From positions 540,001 through 572,000 of the forward strand of contig NC_013849.1 of NCBI RefSeq assembly GCF_000025505.1: 32,000 nucleotides of DNA, written 5' to 3'. The position numbers and the translations under genes were made by a program. The notes beneath the pieces are model-generated. The model had not been told where the DNA came from. It saw only the letters and a list, made by a program, of their open reading frames with translations, and did no database searches. The DNA is from Ferroglobus placidus DSM 10642 (GTDB lineage Archaea; Halobacteriota; Archaeoglobi; Archaeoglobales; Archaeoglobaceae). Positions 17,642 through 26,224 of the stretch are shown in pieces (positions within the stretch are counted from its first letter, which is position 1; every line of letters begins with the position of its first letter).

Positions 17642-19213
17642 TTACGATCGTCTCCTGGTCTTTCCTGCTATCGCAAGGGCTGCAAGCAAAGCTATCGATC
17701 CTGCTGTTAACTCCACAGCTTTGAAGTTCGTAGCAGCTTCGCTTACCTGACTTTCAGCTTTTTCAGCTCTAACTGCTTTCTCCTCCGCGCTCTCTTTCGG
17801 AACACTCACCTCACTGCCATCTTTCATTGTTGAAAGCTTTGGAGTTTCTCCTCTCAGCTTCTTCTGGGTTTCGTACCAGTCTATCATTCTTCCGAGTTTG
17901 TCCATGACTGTATCGACAGCACCCATCCAGTGTGTATAATCTGGACCCATCATCGAAGCACCCATTCTCCATCTTCTTCCCTCGTGATGCCAGATGTAGT
18001 ACCACATTATCTCTGGGAATTCGTCTATTGGATTGCTTGGATCAGCCAATCCCTCCTCGTAGATTTTATCGAGAAGAGCTTTTGCAAACTTGGCTGTTTT
18101 GTTGTAATCTTCGAGCACTTTTTCATAGCTCTCGAAGTACTGCTCAACCCATCTCGGGCTGTGACATGCCTGGCAGATCTTCTTCATTCTTTCTCTGTTC
18201 TGCTCAGCCAACTGCTTATCGGGAGTGTATCCCGTAACCTTGTTTGGATTGCTGCTCTGATATGTGTTAAATTTGCCTTGAATCTCCCATTTAAGCATCG
18301 CTCCAACATCATGCGTTTGCGGAACTATCACCTTTCCCGAAGAGTCCGCTATTCCACCCATGTGGCAAACGCTGCAAGTCGGGGCTGAGAAATCAACTCC
18401 CACCTTCCACGGTTTTGCCTCCCAGTTCCAGTTTTCTTCGTCAGCCATGTATCTCGCTCCGTGGTGACTGCTTTCGTAGATTTCAATTTGCGGATGGTCG
18501 TAACCGAGATGGCATTTACCGCAAGTTTCCGGCATTCTCGCTTCTTTTATGCTGAACTGGTGCTGTGTGTGGCAAGATGAACAGCTTCCCAAGCTGCCAT
18601 CTGGATTGACCCTTCCTATTCCCATGTTAGGCCAACCTTGCAGTTTCTCACCGTCATAGTAAACGTAACTTCCATGGCATTCCATGCATCCAAGCACTTG
18701 GTTCTCGTGGTTGATCTCATCGAGAAGCTCGGTTTTCGCAAATATTCCACTTTCCGGATAAAGAGGCGTTACCTTATCCCTTATGAACTCCCTCGGTGGA
18801 TTTTGCTTAGCCACTTCTAAATCGAGCGGATTAAGACCTTTCTCTACCATTGCCTTCCACCAAGGGAATAGCGGACCGTTGACGGCTGCGAAAGCGTGTT
18901 TGCTTTTTGAAAACGTTTCGTACTCGTACTTGTGGCATTCGGCACACTTTTTCGGGGAAACAACTGGAGACACTTTGTATCCATGATGCTCTAAGCCGAA
19001 CTCTCCTTCCTTAGCTTCGTGACAGACGCTGCAGGTAACTCCATATTTCCCGTGTTTGCTCTTTTCCCAGTCTTTGACTATGTTCGGCGTTTGTTTGTAG
19101 TGGCAGGCTATGCAGAGCTCTTCTGCAGCCGCTGGAAAGAGTAGAACTGCTGCAGCAAAAAACAGCACGGCAATTTTCCCGGAGACTTTCATGTTATATG
19201 TTGAAGCGAACAA
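17642..19213 (-). CDS. Octaheme cytochrome c of the hydroxylamine oxidoreductase (HAO) family, with C-terminal membrane anchor
   Basis: 523 aa; signal peptide; eight CXXCH (CIACH, CSVCH, CAECH, CMECH, CSSCH, CGKCH, CSVCH, CQACH); HAO-like ETCGKCHLGYDHPQIEIYESSHHG and WHHEGRRWRMGASMMGPDYTHWMGAVD; C-terminal TM (GSIALLAALAIAG) followed by KTRRRS. Confidence 0.93.
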   Translation of the reverse strand: MFASTYNMKVSGKIAVLFFAAAVLLFPAAAEELCIACHYKQTPNIVKDWEKSKHGKYGVTCSVCHEAKEGEFGLEHHGYKVSPVVSPKKCAECHKYEYETFSKSKHAFAAVNGPLFPWWKAMVEKGLNPLDLEVAKQNPPREFIRDKVTPLYPESGIFAKTELLDEINHENQVLGCMECHGSYVYYDGEKLQGWPNMGIGRVNPDGSLGSCSSCHTQHQFSIKEARMPETCGKCHLGYDHPQIEIYESSHHGARYMADEENWNWEAKPWKVGVDFSAPTCSVCHMGGIADSSGKVIVPQTHDVGAMLKWEIQGKFNTYQSSNPNKVTGYTPDKQLAEQNRERMKKICQACHSPRWVEQYFESYEKVLEDYNKTAKFAKALLDKIYEEGLADPSNPIDEFPEIMWYYIWHHEGRRWRMGASMMGPDYTHWMGAVDTVMDKLGRMIDWYETQKKLRGETPKLSTMKDGSEVSVPKESAEEKAVRAEKAESQVSEAATNFKAVELTAGSIALLAALAIAGKTRRRS

Positions 19214-19258
19214 CGTATTTAAAATTTACGAAAAATTTCGGAAATAAAAAGTTTAATA

Positions 19259-19279
19259 CGATATTTATCGAAAATATCG
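19259..19279. promoter_or_regulatory. Perfect inverted repeat CGATATT-N7-AATATCG, candidate operator
   Basis: Lies in the 124-bp gap between the divergent octaheme cytochrome operon and the winged-helix regulator; 7-bp arms match exactly. Confidence 0.5.
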
Positions 19280-19337
19280 TGCCAGCTAACAAATAAGGGA
19301 AAAAAGTTATATTAACAATCATGACAAATTTTGTAGC

Positions 19338-19985
19338 GTGCTACCTTTAAAAGATAGGGAGTTAAAAGTGCTCGAAATCGTTAGAAAATTGGGGGAAGCA
19401 AGCGCCAAAGATGTCTGGAAAAATTTAAAAGAGGAGAACATCCCGTACACTACTGTTTCTTCGATTCTCAAGAAACTAAACAAGCTGGGGATCGTGGAAA
19501 AAAGAGCTGTGAAGTCGAGGGGGAGGAAGGGTGTTAAGTACATATACCGAATAGATAAAAATATAGCGAACAAATTCTTCGAGGCTTACAAAAGAATAAC
19601 TGGAAGAGAAGATTTCACAGATTTTGCTAAAATTATTGATAGGAAGTTAATCCACACTTCGTGGAATTCTGTAGCTTTTGTTGATAAAAACGGAAGGATT
19701 ATCTTTGCTTATGCCGGTGGAAAAGTTATAGGGGACGACTTAATCGGAGAGAGAATTGAAGACGTTCATCCTCCATTAACATCCAAATTCGTTAAGCAGA
19801 TCTTTATGGAGCTTGCGAGAGGTGAAAGAAGCGAATTTAGAAGGATAGTGGAAGTAGAAGGGGAGAAATTCGAAAAATTTTACAGGGCGGTGAGAGCTGG
19901 AGGAGAATTTCTTGGAGTCATCGTAATTACAAGAAAGCTGGAAGAATCGAAAGAAAAAATAAGTAGAGATATTATTCTACCTTAA
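19338..19985 (+). CDS. Transcriptional regulator: BlaI/MecI-like winged helix fused to PAS-like sensor domain
   Basis: 215 aa; LKDRELKVLEIVRKLGEASAKDVWKNLKEENIPYTTVSSILKKLNKLGIVEK is BlaI-like; the C-terminal half (AFVDKNGRIIFAYAG...EDVHPPLTSKFVKQIFMELARG...FYRAVRAGGEFLGVIVITR) has PAS-like organisation. Confidence 0.82.
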   Translation: MLPLKDRELKVLEIVRKLGEASAKDVWKNLKEENIPYTTVSSILKKLNKLGIVEKRAVKSRGRKGVKYIYRIDKNIANKFFEAYKRITGREDFTDFAKIIDRKLIHTSWNSVAFVDKNGRIIFAYAGGKVIGDDLIGERIEDVHPPLTSKFVKQIFMELARGERSEFRRIVEVEGEKFEKFYRAVRAGGEFLGVIVITRKLEESKEKISRDIILP

Positions 19986-21046
19986 GCCGCTTTTTCTATT
20001 ATCGTTATCGCCTCCATCGGGCAGTTTGCTTGGCAAACTCCGCAGGAGGTGCAGTTCTCCGGTTTAATATCACCTCTGTTAATCGAGAAAGCGTTATCCG
20101 AGGCGACTTTGCAGAGGGATTCGCATATTCCGCATGAGATGCACGCGTCGCTGATTCTGACTATGTGTTCTTTCTCCTTGTAGTACCTCCTCTCCGGCGG
20201 GAGGTGGATGTCCTCGTATTCTCCGACGACTTCCCTCTTAACCTCTATCGCATTTCCCGGACAGAATTTTTCGCACGCTCCGCAGAAGTTACACCTCTCG
20301 TTGAAAACGACCATCTTTCCTCCATCGTATCTGTACTCTATTGCATTGTTCGGACAAACTTCTCTGCAAACCTGACAGTCTCTGCCGAAGCAGTTCTCCT
20401 GCTTGTATATATGCATGCCCGTGAAAAGCTTGTTTTCTCTAATAGCTTCAAAACTGCAAACCTCTCTGCAAATTCCGCAAGTTGAGCAGGCTTCGCTAAT
20501 TTTTATTTCGCCGGTTATCGCGTAATCCCTCTGCATTTTACATGAATCGCAGTGTATCTCTATAACGTTCTTCGGACAGACGTATTCGCAAATTTCGCAG
20601 TATATGCACTTATCCTCGTTAATGGCTGGAGAACCTCTCTCTATTCTGACTGCATCGACCGGACAGAACATAACGCAGTTTCTGCATTCGATGCATCCTT
20701 CGCTTATCCTTATATATCCGTGCCTGATTTTATCCTTGTCAAAAATCTTCCTGACAGTTATCGCATCTCTCGGGCAGTTTGCTTGGCAAACTCCGCAGTA
20801 AACGCAACCTTCAATGTTGACCTTCGAGTAGTGGACTTTTTCGAGAAGTCTCGTGAACGGAGCGTCTATGTTTAAAGCTCCGTACTGACAGTAAACCGCA
20901 CAAATGCCACAGTTAACGCAAGTATCGTCGATAATTACGTTAAAATTACCATCAGCAGTTACGGTAATCGATCCTTTCGGGCAAACTCTCTCGCAAAGCC
21001 CGCACCCAACGCAGTTTTCGGCTTTAAACTCCACTTCGGTCGTCAT
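19982..21046 (-). CDS. Polyferredoxin, about ten [4Fe-4S] motifs (FwdF/MvhB-like)
   Basis: 354 aa; ten Cys motifs: CVGCGLCERVC, CVNCGICAVYC, CVYCGVCQANC, CIECRNCVMFC, CIYCEICEYVC, CSTCGICREVC, CFGRDCQVCREVC, CNFCGACEKFC, CISCGICESLC, CTSCGVCQANC. Confidence 0.93.
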   Translation of the reverse strand: MTTEVEFKAENCVGCGLCERVCPKGSITVTADGNFNVIIDDTCVNCGICAVYCQYGALNIDAPFTRLLEKVHYSKVNIEGCVYCGVCQANCPRDAITVRKIFDKDKIRHGYIRISEGCIECRNCVMFCPVDAVRIERGSPAINEDKCIYCEICEYVCPKNVIEIHCDSCKMQRDYAITGEIKISEACSTCGICREVCSFEAIRENKLFTGMHIYKQENCFGRDCQVCREVCPNNAIEYRYDGGKMVVFNERCNFCGACEKFCPGNAIEVKREVVGEYEDIHLPPERRYYKEKEHIVRISDACISCGICESLCKVASDNAFSINRGDIKPENCTSCGVCQANCPMEAITIIEKAA

Positions 21047-21136
21047 TGGGTTTTGATAAAAAAATCATTGTATTTAACCGTTTTGCTAAGAGTGCATATA
21101 ATAACCTTTATGTCTGTTTGTATTGATAAGTATTAA

Positions 21137-22216
21137 TCACCTAAAACAGCTCCAGTACTTGGAATGTATGCTCCTAACTTCAGCCACCGTATCTCTTACT
21201 TTCTGACTTGCGTAGTCTCTTTTTCTCCATCTGAGCTCTGAAAGAATTTTAGCCGGCTCTCTTATGTTTGAAATGTCCATTCCGGCAAGAGCTGCGATAA
21301 TTCCGAGGTTCGTGTAAGGCAAAGCGCTTTCGACGCTGTAACCTCCCTCCAAAACTGCGACGAGCCTTCCTTTGCAGAGCTTTTCAGCGAGGTCGACTGC
21401 TCTTTTCATCATCTCAGCGTACCCTCTGGCAGTCAAAGCCAAACCAGTGAGGGGATCGGTGAAGTGGTTGTCCTGTCCGGCGGAGATTGCTATAAACTCT
21501 GGCTTAAATTCTTCAGCAACCGGTTCGATTACCTTTTCGAAAACGTAGAGGTAGCTTTCATCTGAAGTCCCGGGAGGAAGAGGAATGTTTATCGTGTAGC
21601 CCTCTCCTCTCCCTTTCCCAACTTCGTGAGGGTAGCCGGTGCCGGGATAGAGGGGCATTTGATGCGTTGAAATGAAGAGAACGCTATCGTCCTCGTAAAA
21701 AATTTCTTGAGTGCCATCTCCGTGATGGGCGTCCCAATCGAGTATCAAAATTCTCTTGAAACCCCTTCTCTTCAGCCACTCCACCATCACAGCCACGTTG
21801 TTTATGTAGCAAAAACCGGCTCCGGTGTAGGGTTTTGCGTGATGCCCCGGAGGGCGAACCATAGCGAAGGCGTTTCTAACCTTCCCTTCAACAACGTATT
21901 TTGCTGCCTTTATCGCTCCTCCGGCTGCGAGCATAGCAACTTCAAACAATCCTACTGGCACGTTCGTGTCGAAATCTATGAAGCCTCCGGTTTTACTCGC
22001 GGCTTTTAAGAATTCTATGTACTCCCTTGTGTGCACTCTTAAAACGTCCTCTTCCTTAGCTGGCTCCGGATTAATTAGCACGATTCTCTCGTCTTCGAAA
22101 ATTCCCTCTTCAGTAAGCTGATCTATCGTGTAAGCTAACCTCTCCCTTCTTTCCGGATGAGTCGGCGTTTGTTCGTGCTCCAGATATTTCTTATGGAAGA
22201 CTATTCCAGTCTTCAA
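21137..22216 (-). CDS. Histone-deacetylase-family (acetoin utilization/AcuC-like) deacetylase
   Basis: 359 aa; RPPGHHA, GFCYINNVAV, LDWDAHHGDGTQEIFY, AGQDNHFTDPLTG, LEGGYS. Confidence 0.95.
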   Translation of the reverse strand: MKTGIVFHKKYLEHEQTPTHPERRERLAYTIDQLTEEGIFEDERIVLINPEPAKEEDVLRVHTREYIEFLKAASKTGGFIDFDTNVPVGLFEVAMLAAGGAIKAAKYVVEGKVRNAFAMVRPPGHHAKPYTGAGFCYINNVAVMVEWLKRRGFKRILILDWDAHHGDGTQEIFYEDDSVLFISTHQMPLYPGTGYPHEVGKGRGEGYTINIPLPPGTSDESYLYVFEKVIEPVAEEFKPEFIAISAGQDNHFTDPLTGLALTARGYAEMMKRAVDLAEKLCKGRLVAVLEGGYSVESALPYTNLGIIAALAGMDISNIREPAKILSELRWRKRDYASQKVRDTVAEVRSIHSKYWSCFR

Positions 22217-23697
22217 GTTAATTCCTCCCTTATCCCGGGTTCTATCTGGACTATAACGTCGGCTATTTTTCCCCTCCTTATCCCACCCTTTACTACAACG
22301 TAAGAGTTGAAGTAAAGAACTTTGACGTCCTTTTCTTCAACTTCCTCGCCGAAATCCTTGGCTATGGAAATGAGCTTGTCTATGGCGAGCTGAATTAACT
22401 CCTCATCCTCGGGGAATCCGTATATCTTGTCTTTGATGAATGTTGCCTCTCCGTCGTAAACGGCAATTTTGTTTTCGGTGTCGAATCTTGCGTAGAGAGT
22501 GTAGCTAAGCCTTGACACAGCCACTCCTACAGCGTTAGCAGATTCGCAATGCTCGGGAATAACGTATTTCACTCCAGCTTTTTTCGCTATGTCTTTTATC
22601 AAAAAAGGAGCGAGAAATCCCGTTCCGATTATTTTTTCCGCTTTGAGCTCCTTAATTTTCTCAGCAACTATGCTGACGAAATCTTCAACAGCTCTCTCGC
22701 AGCCATCCTTCTTTGCCTCTCTCGATTTTTTGTAGTCTCCTATTTCGTAGCCAAGACAGTTAAGCGCATCGGTTAGCGTGAAGGAGTCCCCTCCGAAAGC
22801 TATCGGCTGGGAAACTCTTACCGGCTTTACCGTCTCTTCAACGAGGCTGTCTCCTCCGAAGGGAATTGAATGAGATTCCACGCACCTCACGCAGCTTTTT
22901 AACCCTCCTATGATCGCCCTCTCGATTATCTTTGGCTTTCCATCTTTTAAGAAAACGAAATCTGTTGTAGTTCCTCCTATGTCGACCACAAGTGCGTCTT
23001 TCTCTCCTGTCAAGAAGTACGCTCCAAAGACAACGGCGGCGGGACTTGAGTTGTATAACTCGGAAGGGTTGTTCAAGGCTATCCGATACGGTATAATCCC
23101 CCCGTCCCCTTTATAAAAATAAATCTCGTCGTAACGAGTTCTGATAGCTCTAACCATCTCGTGAACTTTTTTCATGAGCTTCGCATTTATTATCGTGGTA
23201 TTTATTCTCAGCGGGTAATTCAAAACGGGTATGTGATGACTCAACGCTATCTCGTCTTCTTTGTAGTACTTTTTAGCTATCTCGTAGGCTTTTAACTCCA
23301 ATTCCGGATTTCTTATCGAGAACTTGCACGCTATGGCTAAGCAGTCAGCTTTGTTTTCTCTTAAAACTTCTTCTACTTCTTTTTCATCCAGATCTTCGAC
23401 AACATCTCCTCTATGGTTTACCGCCCCCCTTAGCTGCTTTCCGTACCTTTCGTAGTTCAATCCGCTACCGGGAAACAGTATAACCTGCGCCTTTATTTTA
23501 TCAAACTTGGAAACGACGAGGTTTAGTGGAACAGACGTGCTGATTATCAGCTTGATCTTCTTTTCCCCAACAAGTTCGGAAAGTTTTTTGAAAACCGCAT
23601 CGAAACCCAAATAATTTGGAATTTTAGCCGTCTTTATCTCCTCTCCAATAACCGCTATGTCCGTGTTCGTCCCGCCTACGTCGATGCCTACCCGCAT
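22213..23697 (-). CDS. Hydantoinase/oxoprolinase (HyuA)-family protein
   Basis: 494 aa; MRVGIDVGGTNTDIAV, ALVVDIGGTTTDFVFL, IPFGGDSLVEE, FGGDSFTLTDAL; 4-nt overlap with the downstream HDAC-like gene. Confidence 0.9.
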   Translation of the reverse strand: MRVGIDVGGTNTDIAVIGEEIKTAKIPNYLGFDAVFKKLSELVGEKKIKLIISTSVPLNLVVSKFDKIKAQVILFPGSGLNYERYGKQLRGAVNHRGDVVEDLDEKEVEEVLRENKADCLAIACKFSIRNPELELKAYEIAKKYYKEDEIALSHHIPVLNYPLRINTTIINAKLMKKVHEMVRAIRTRYDEIYFYKGDGGIIPYRIALNNPSELYNSSPAAVVFGAYFLTGEKDALVVDIGGTTTDFVFLKDGKPKIIERAIIGGLKSCVRCVESHSIPFGGDSLVEETVKPVRVSQPIAFGGDSFTLTDALNCLGYEIGDYKKSREAKKDGCERAVEDFVSIVAEKIKELKAEKIIGTGFLAPFLIKDIAKKAGVKYVIPEHCESANAVGVAVSRLSYTLYARFDTENKIAVYDGEATFIKDKIYGFPEDEELIQLAIDKLISIAKDFGEEVEEKDVKVLYFNSYVVVKGGIRRGKIADVIVQIEPGIREELT

Positions 23698-23703
23698 GCT
23701 CTC

Positions 23704-23982
23704 TTACTCTTTTTCCTTCTCGGCTCTTCTCTTAAACACGTCCTTGATTATTATTATGTCTCCGACCGACTTTACGAGCCTGTAAGGAATTAGAACTCCT
23801 CTGTACCTCGTGTTTATCAGAGCTTTGTTAACTTCGCTGACTGCGAGGCTTTTTATCTGCCTCCTCTCGACATCTATAACAACGTCATCCACTTTTCCAA
23901 CGTATCTGCCTTCGTCCGTGTACACTTTCATACCGAAGAGCGATGAGATCTCTCCTATCATTAATCTACTTGGAACGCTCAT
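23704..23982 (-). CDS. PRC-barrel domain protein
   Basis: 92 aa; EISSLFGMKVYTDEGRYVGKVDDVVIDVERRQIKSLAV...GVLIPYRLVKSVGDIIIIKD. Confidence 0.88.
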   Translation of the reverse strand: MSVPSRLMIGEISSLFGMKVYTDEGRYVGKVDDVVIDVERRQIKSLAVSEVNKALINTRYRGVLIPYRLVKSVGDIIIIKDVFKRRAEKEKE

Positions 23983-24077
23983 AATATTTAAAACATTTCC
24001 AAAAGTTGACTTTCAAACTCGTAAATTAATAAATGAGATAGAAATTAATTTATTTCACCTCCTCCACATATGGTTTA

Positions 24078-24812
24078 ATGTTCGAACTAATCGTAAGCTT
24101 GGCACTCGCAATAGTTGCTTTGTACAATTCGGTTATGTACCTCCAGCTTACGGATGAGGAAAAAAGTTTTTTGGAAAGTAGGTGGAAGGACTCTTTGGCA
24201 TTATCAATCTTCATAATCGTTGTACTCTCAGTCGTATCCGTTTTTGAAATTCTGAAGCTCTATCAAATACTGGCTTTCGGAACAGTTGGAAACTTTTTAA
24301 GCATTTATACGGCTGTGGCTGTAATGCTTCTAATTCCTTCGGCATTTTTACTCTACGACGTCCTGTCGATAAAGAATTCTTTCAGAAATTTTGCTCCGAA
24401 AATAGACCTTAAAGCCGTTCTGTTAATACAAGGTTTCGCGGTTTTCTGGCTTTATCTGAGTTTTATTGAGGAGAAGTACGCTCAAGTCGTATACTTATTT
24501 TCCCAGTCTCTGAAAGCAATATTCATCGTGTCGCTGATACTCATTTTCTACGTTTCTTTTCTCTTATATAGATACTTTAAGTTACTCAGAAGAGGTGACA
24601 TTATAGTTCAGATCGACATCTCTTCTTACTTGTTCCAGCTGAACGTTGCCATATCTCTCTTCGGTTTTTACATGCTCACGCAATCTACTTACTGCGGACA
24701 GGCGGTTTGCGCCATTTTAATCGCCTCTTTCGGAATTCTGCTGAACAACGCTTTATCGTCCCTCGGCAGAGCTTTGAAGCAGAACGTTGGCGGTTACGCC
24801 TTCGAAATATAA
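24078..24812 (+). CDS. Polytopic membrane protein of unknown function
   Basis: 244 aa with about seven hydrophobic segments; divergent from the PRC-barrel gene; 3' end overlaps the opposing gene by 19 bp. Confidence 0.75.
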   Translation: MFELIVSLALAIVALYNSVMYLQLTDEEKSFLESRWKDSLALSIFIIVVLSVVSVFEILKLYQILAFGTVGNFLSIYTAVAVMLLIPSAFLLYDVLSIKNSFRNFAPKIDLKAVLLIQGFAVFWLYLSFIEEKYAQVVYLFSQSLKAIFIVSLILIFYVSFLLYRYFKLLRRGDIIVQIDISSYLFQLNVAISLFGFYMLTQSTYCGQAVCAILIASFGILLNNALSSLGRALKQNVGGYAFEI

Positions 24813-26134
24813 GAGGGAGTTTCTGGTTCGAGGATTTCTTTAACGCTATCGAGGAACTCTTCGTAAATGTGGGCGTCAACTGAAAAGTGGTAGTACTTGT
24901 ACTCTCTTTCGTTTATAAGCTGAGATACGTAGTCCGTGAGGAGGGAGAAGGCGTACATGTTAGCGTGCATAGCTCCGTATATGTCGTTGGATCTCATGTA
25001 GAAAATCCCCATAAACTTTCTCGTTTTCAAAAACTGGTAACCTCTCAAACACGGTGGATCGTCGCTCGTCAAATCCCAAACCCTTGAAATTCCCACGTAG
25101 CAATCTCTCCTGTAAGGATTTTCCCTCAGCTTCTTTATGCATTCATACAGCTGATCGACTTTCTTCTCATCCCTCTCGCAGTACCTCGCTCTTTCAGCGT
25201 AAGTGTATTCTTCTCCTTCTTTTAAAATCTTCTCTTTCACAGGCTTATCGAGCTTAGCTGCGTAGATAACGTAGTTGTGCGCATAATCTATCGCATACTT
25301 TTTCGTGAAAGGGGCTTTGTCGTGAATCTTGTTCTCTCTCGTGTTTTTCACCTCAACGAAAAGTCTGTGAACGAACTTACTCCTTTTCTGCCCTTCAAAT
25401 AGCTCTCCCCACTCAGTTTCCTTTTCAAATCCGTTGTAATATATAACTTCGAGGGCTGAGTGCCAAGCGGTGGATTCGTAATCTTCTATTACGTGCACTC
25501 CAAGCTTGTGGAAGCCGTAGAAATCTTTGTAGCTGTGTTTTTCTACCCTATTAGTGTCTCTCTTGTATATATGAGGCGCTGCTACGAGAAGAGCTACGCT
25601 GCCGATTTCCATCTCAGCTTTTCTTGCTATCTCCTCAAGCACATGAAGGACGAAATCGAAGTTTGCGGAGAAGTAATTTAGAGCGTCTAAACTTCTCACG
25701 TATGCGGTAGCATGAAGAGAATCGAAATAGTAAAGAAAACTAATTTCCGTTACCGTAGGGGGAGTTTTGCAGAGGTGGTCTTCCGGTCTCCAAACTGGGA
25801 GAGAAACTCTCCTCGTGTAAGGCGTCTTTTTCAGCTTTTCAGCGGCAGTTTGGATTAAGTTCTCAACTCTGTCGAGATACGAGTCTTCGCAAGCTTTCCA
25901 TCCGAAGCTTTCGTCGAAGCTCTGCACGTACGTTGGTTTTTCGCATATCAAGAGCTCGGGCTCAATTCTTATCTCCTCGCCAAACCTCGATTCGATTTCT
26001 ACGCCTTCCCTCAGAATTTTCCCTATCAAACTCTTCTGAAGACTTTCAGGATTCGACTCGATTAACATCCTTTGAAAGGGAGTTTTGAAACGAGATAAAT
26101 GTTGCGCAGCGAAAGCCTTATTAAGCAGCTTCAA
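24794..26134 (-). CDS. Divergent thymidylate synthase (ThyA)-like protein
   Basis: 446 aa; DDPPCLRGYQFLKTRKFMGIFYMRSNDIYGAMHANMYAFSLL resembles the ThyA PC..Q.., RS.D and N region, and FSVDAHIYEEFLDSV resembles ThyA DAHIY..H. Confidence 0.72.
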   Translation of the reverse strand: MKLLNKAFAAQHLSRFKTPFQRMLIESNPESLQKSLIGKILREGVEIESRFGEEIRIEPELLICEKPTYVQSFDESFGWKACEDSYLDRVENLIQTAAEKLKKTPYTRRVSLPVWRPEDHLCKTPPTVTEISFLYYFDSLHATAYVRSLDALNYFSANFDFVLHVLEEIARKAEMEIGSVALLVAAPHIYKRDTNRVEKHSYKDFYGFHKLGVHVIEDYESTAWHSALEVIYYNGFEKETEWGELFEGQKRSKFVHRLFVEVKNTRENKIHDKAPFTKKYAIDYAHNYVIYAAKLDKPVKEKILKEGEEYTYAERARYCERDEKKVDQLYECIKKLRENPYRRDCYVGISRVWDLTSDDPPCLRGYQFLKTRKFMGIFYMRSNDIYGAMHANMYAFSLLTDYVSQLINEREYKYYHFSVDAHIYEEFLDSVKEILEPETPSYISKA

Positions 26135-26150
26135 AGGAATTAAATTAAAA

Positions 26151-26224
26151 GCGCCGGTGGTGTAGCCTGGCTAACACAGGGGCTTGCCGAGCCCCTGCCC
26201 CGGGTTCAAATCCCGGCCGGCGCA
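26151..26224 (+). tRNA. tRNA-Gly(GCC)
   Basis: Cloverleaf by eye: acceptor GCGCCGG/CCGGCGC, D arm GTG/CAC, anticodon stem GGGGC/GCCCC with loop TTGCCGA (anticodon GCC), T arm CCGGG-TTCAAAT-CCCGG, discriminator A, no encoded CCA. Confidence 0.95.

Noticed and set aside
17529-17750. 73-aa plus-strand ORF at the junction of the tetraheme and octaheme genes
   Set aside because: Overlaps the 3' end of the octaheme gene antisense; no domain signal.
17811-18388. ORFs on both strands within the octaheme cytochrome gene
   Set aside because: The CXXCH-rich frame is clearly the coding one; the others are Ser/Leu/Arg-rich shadows.
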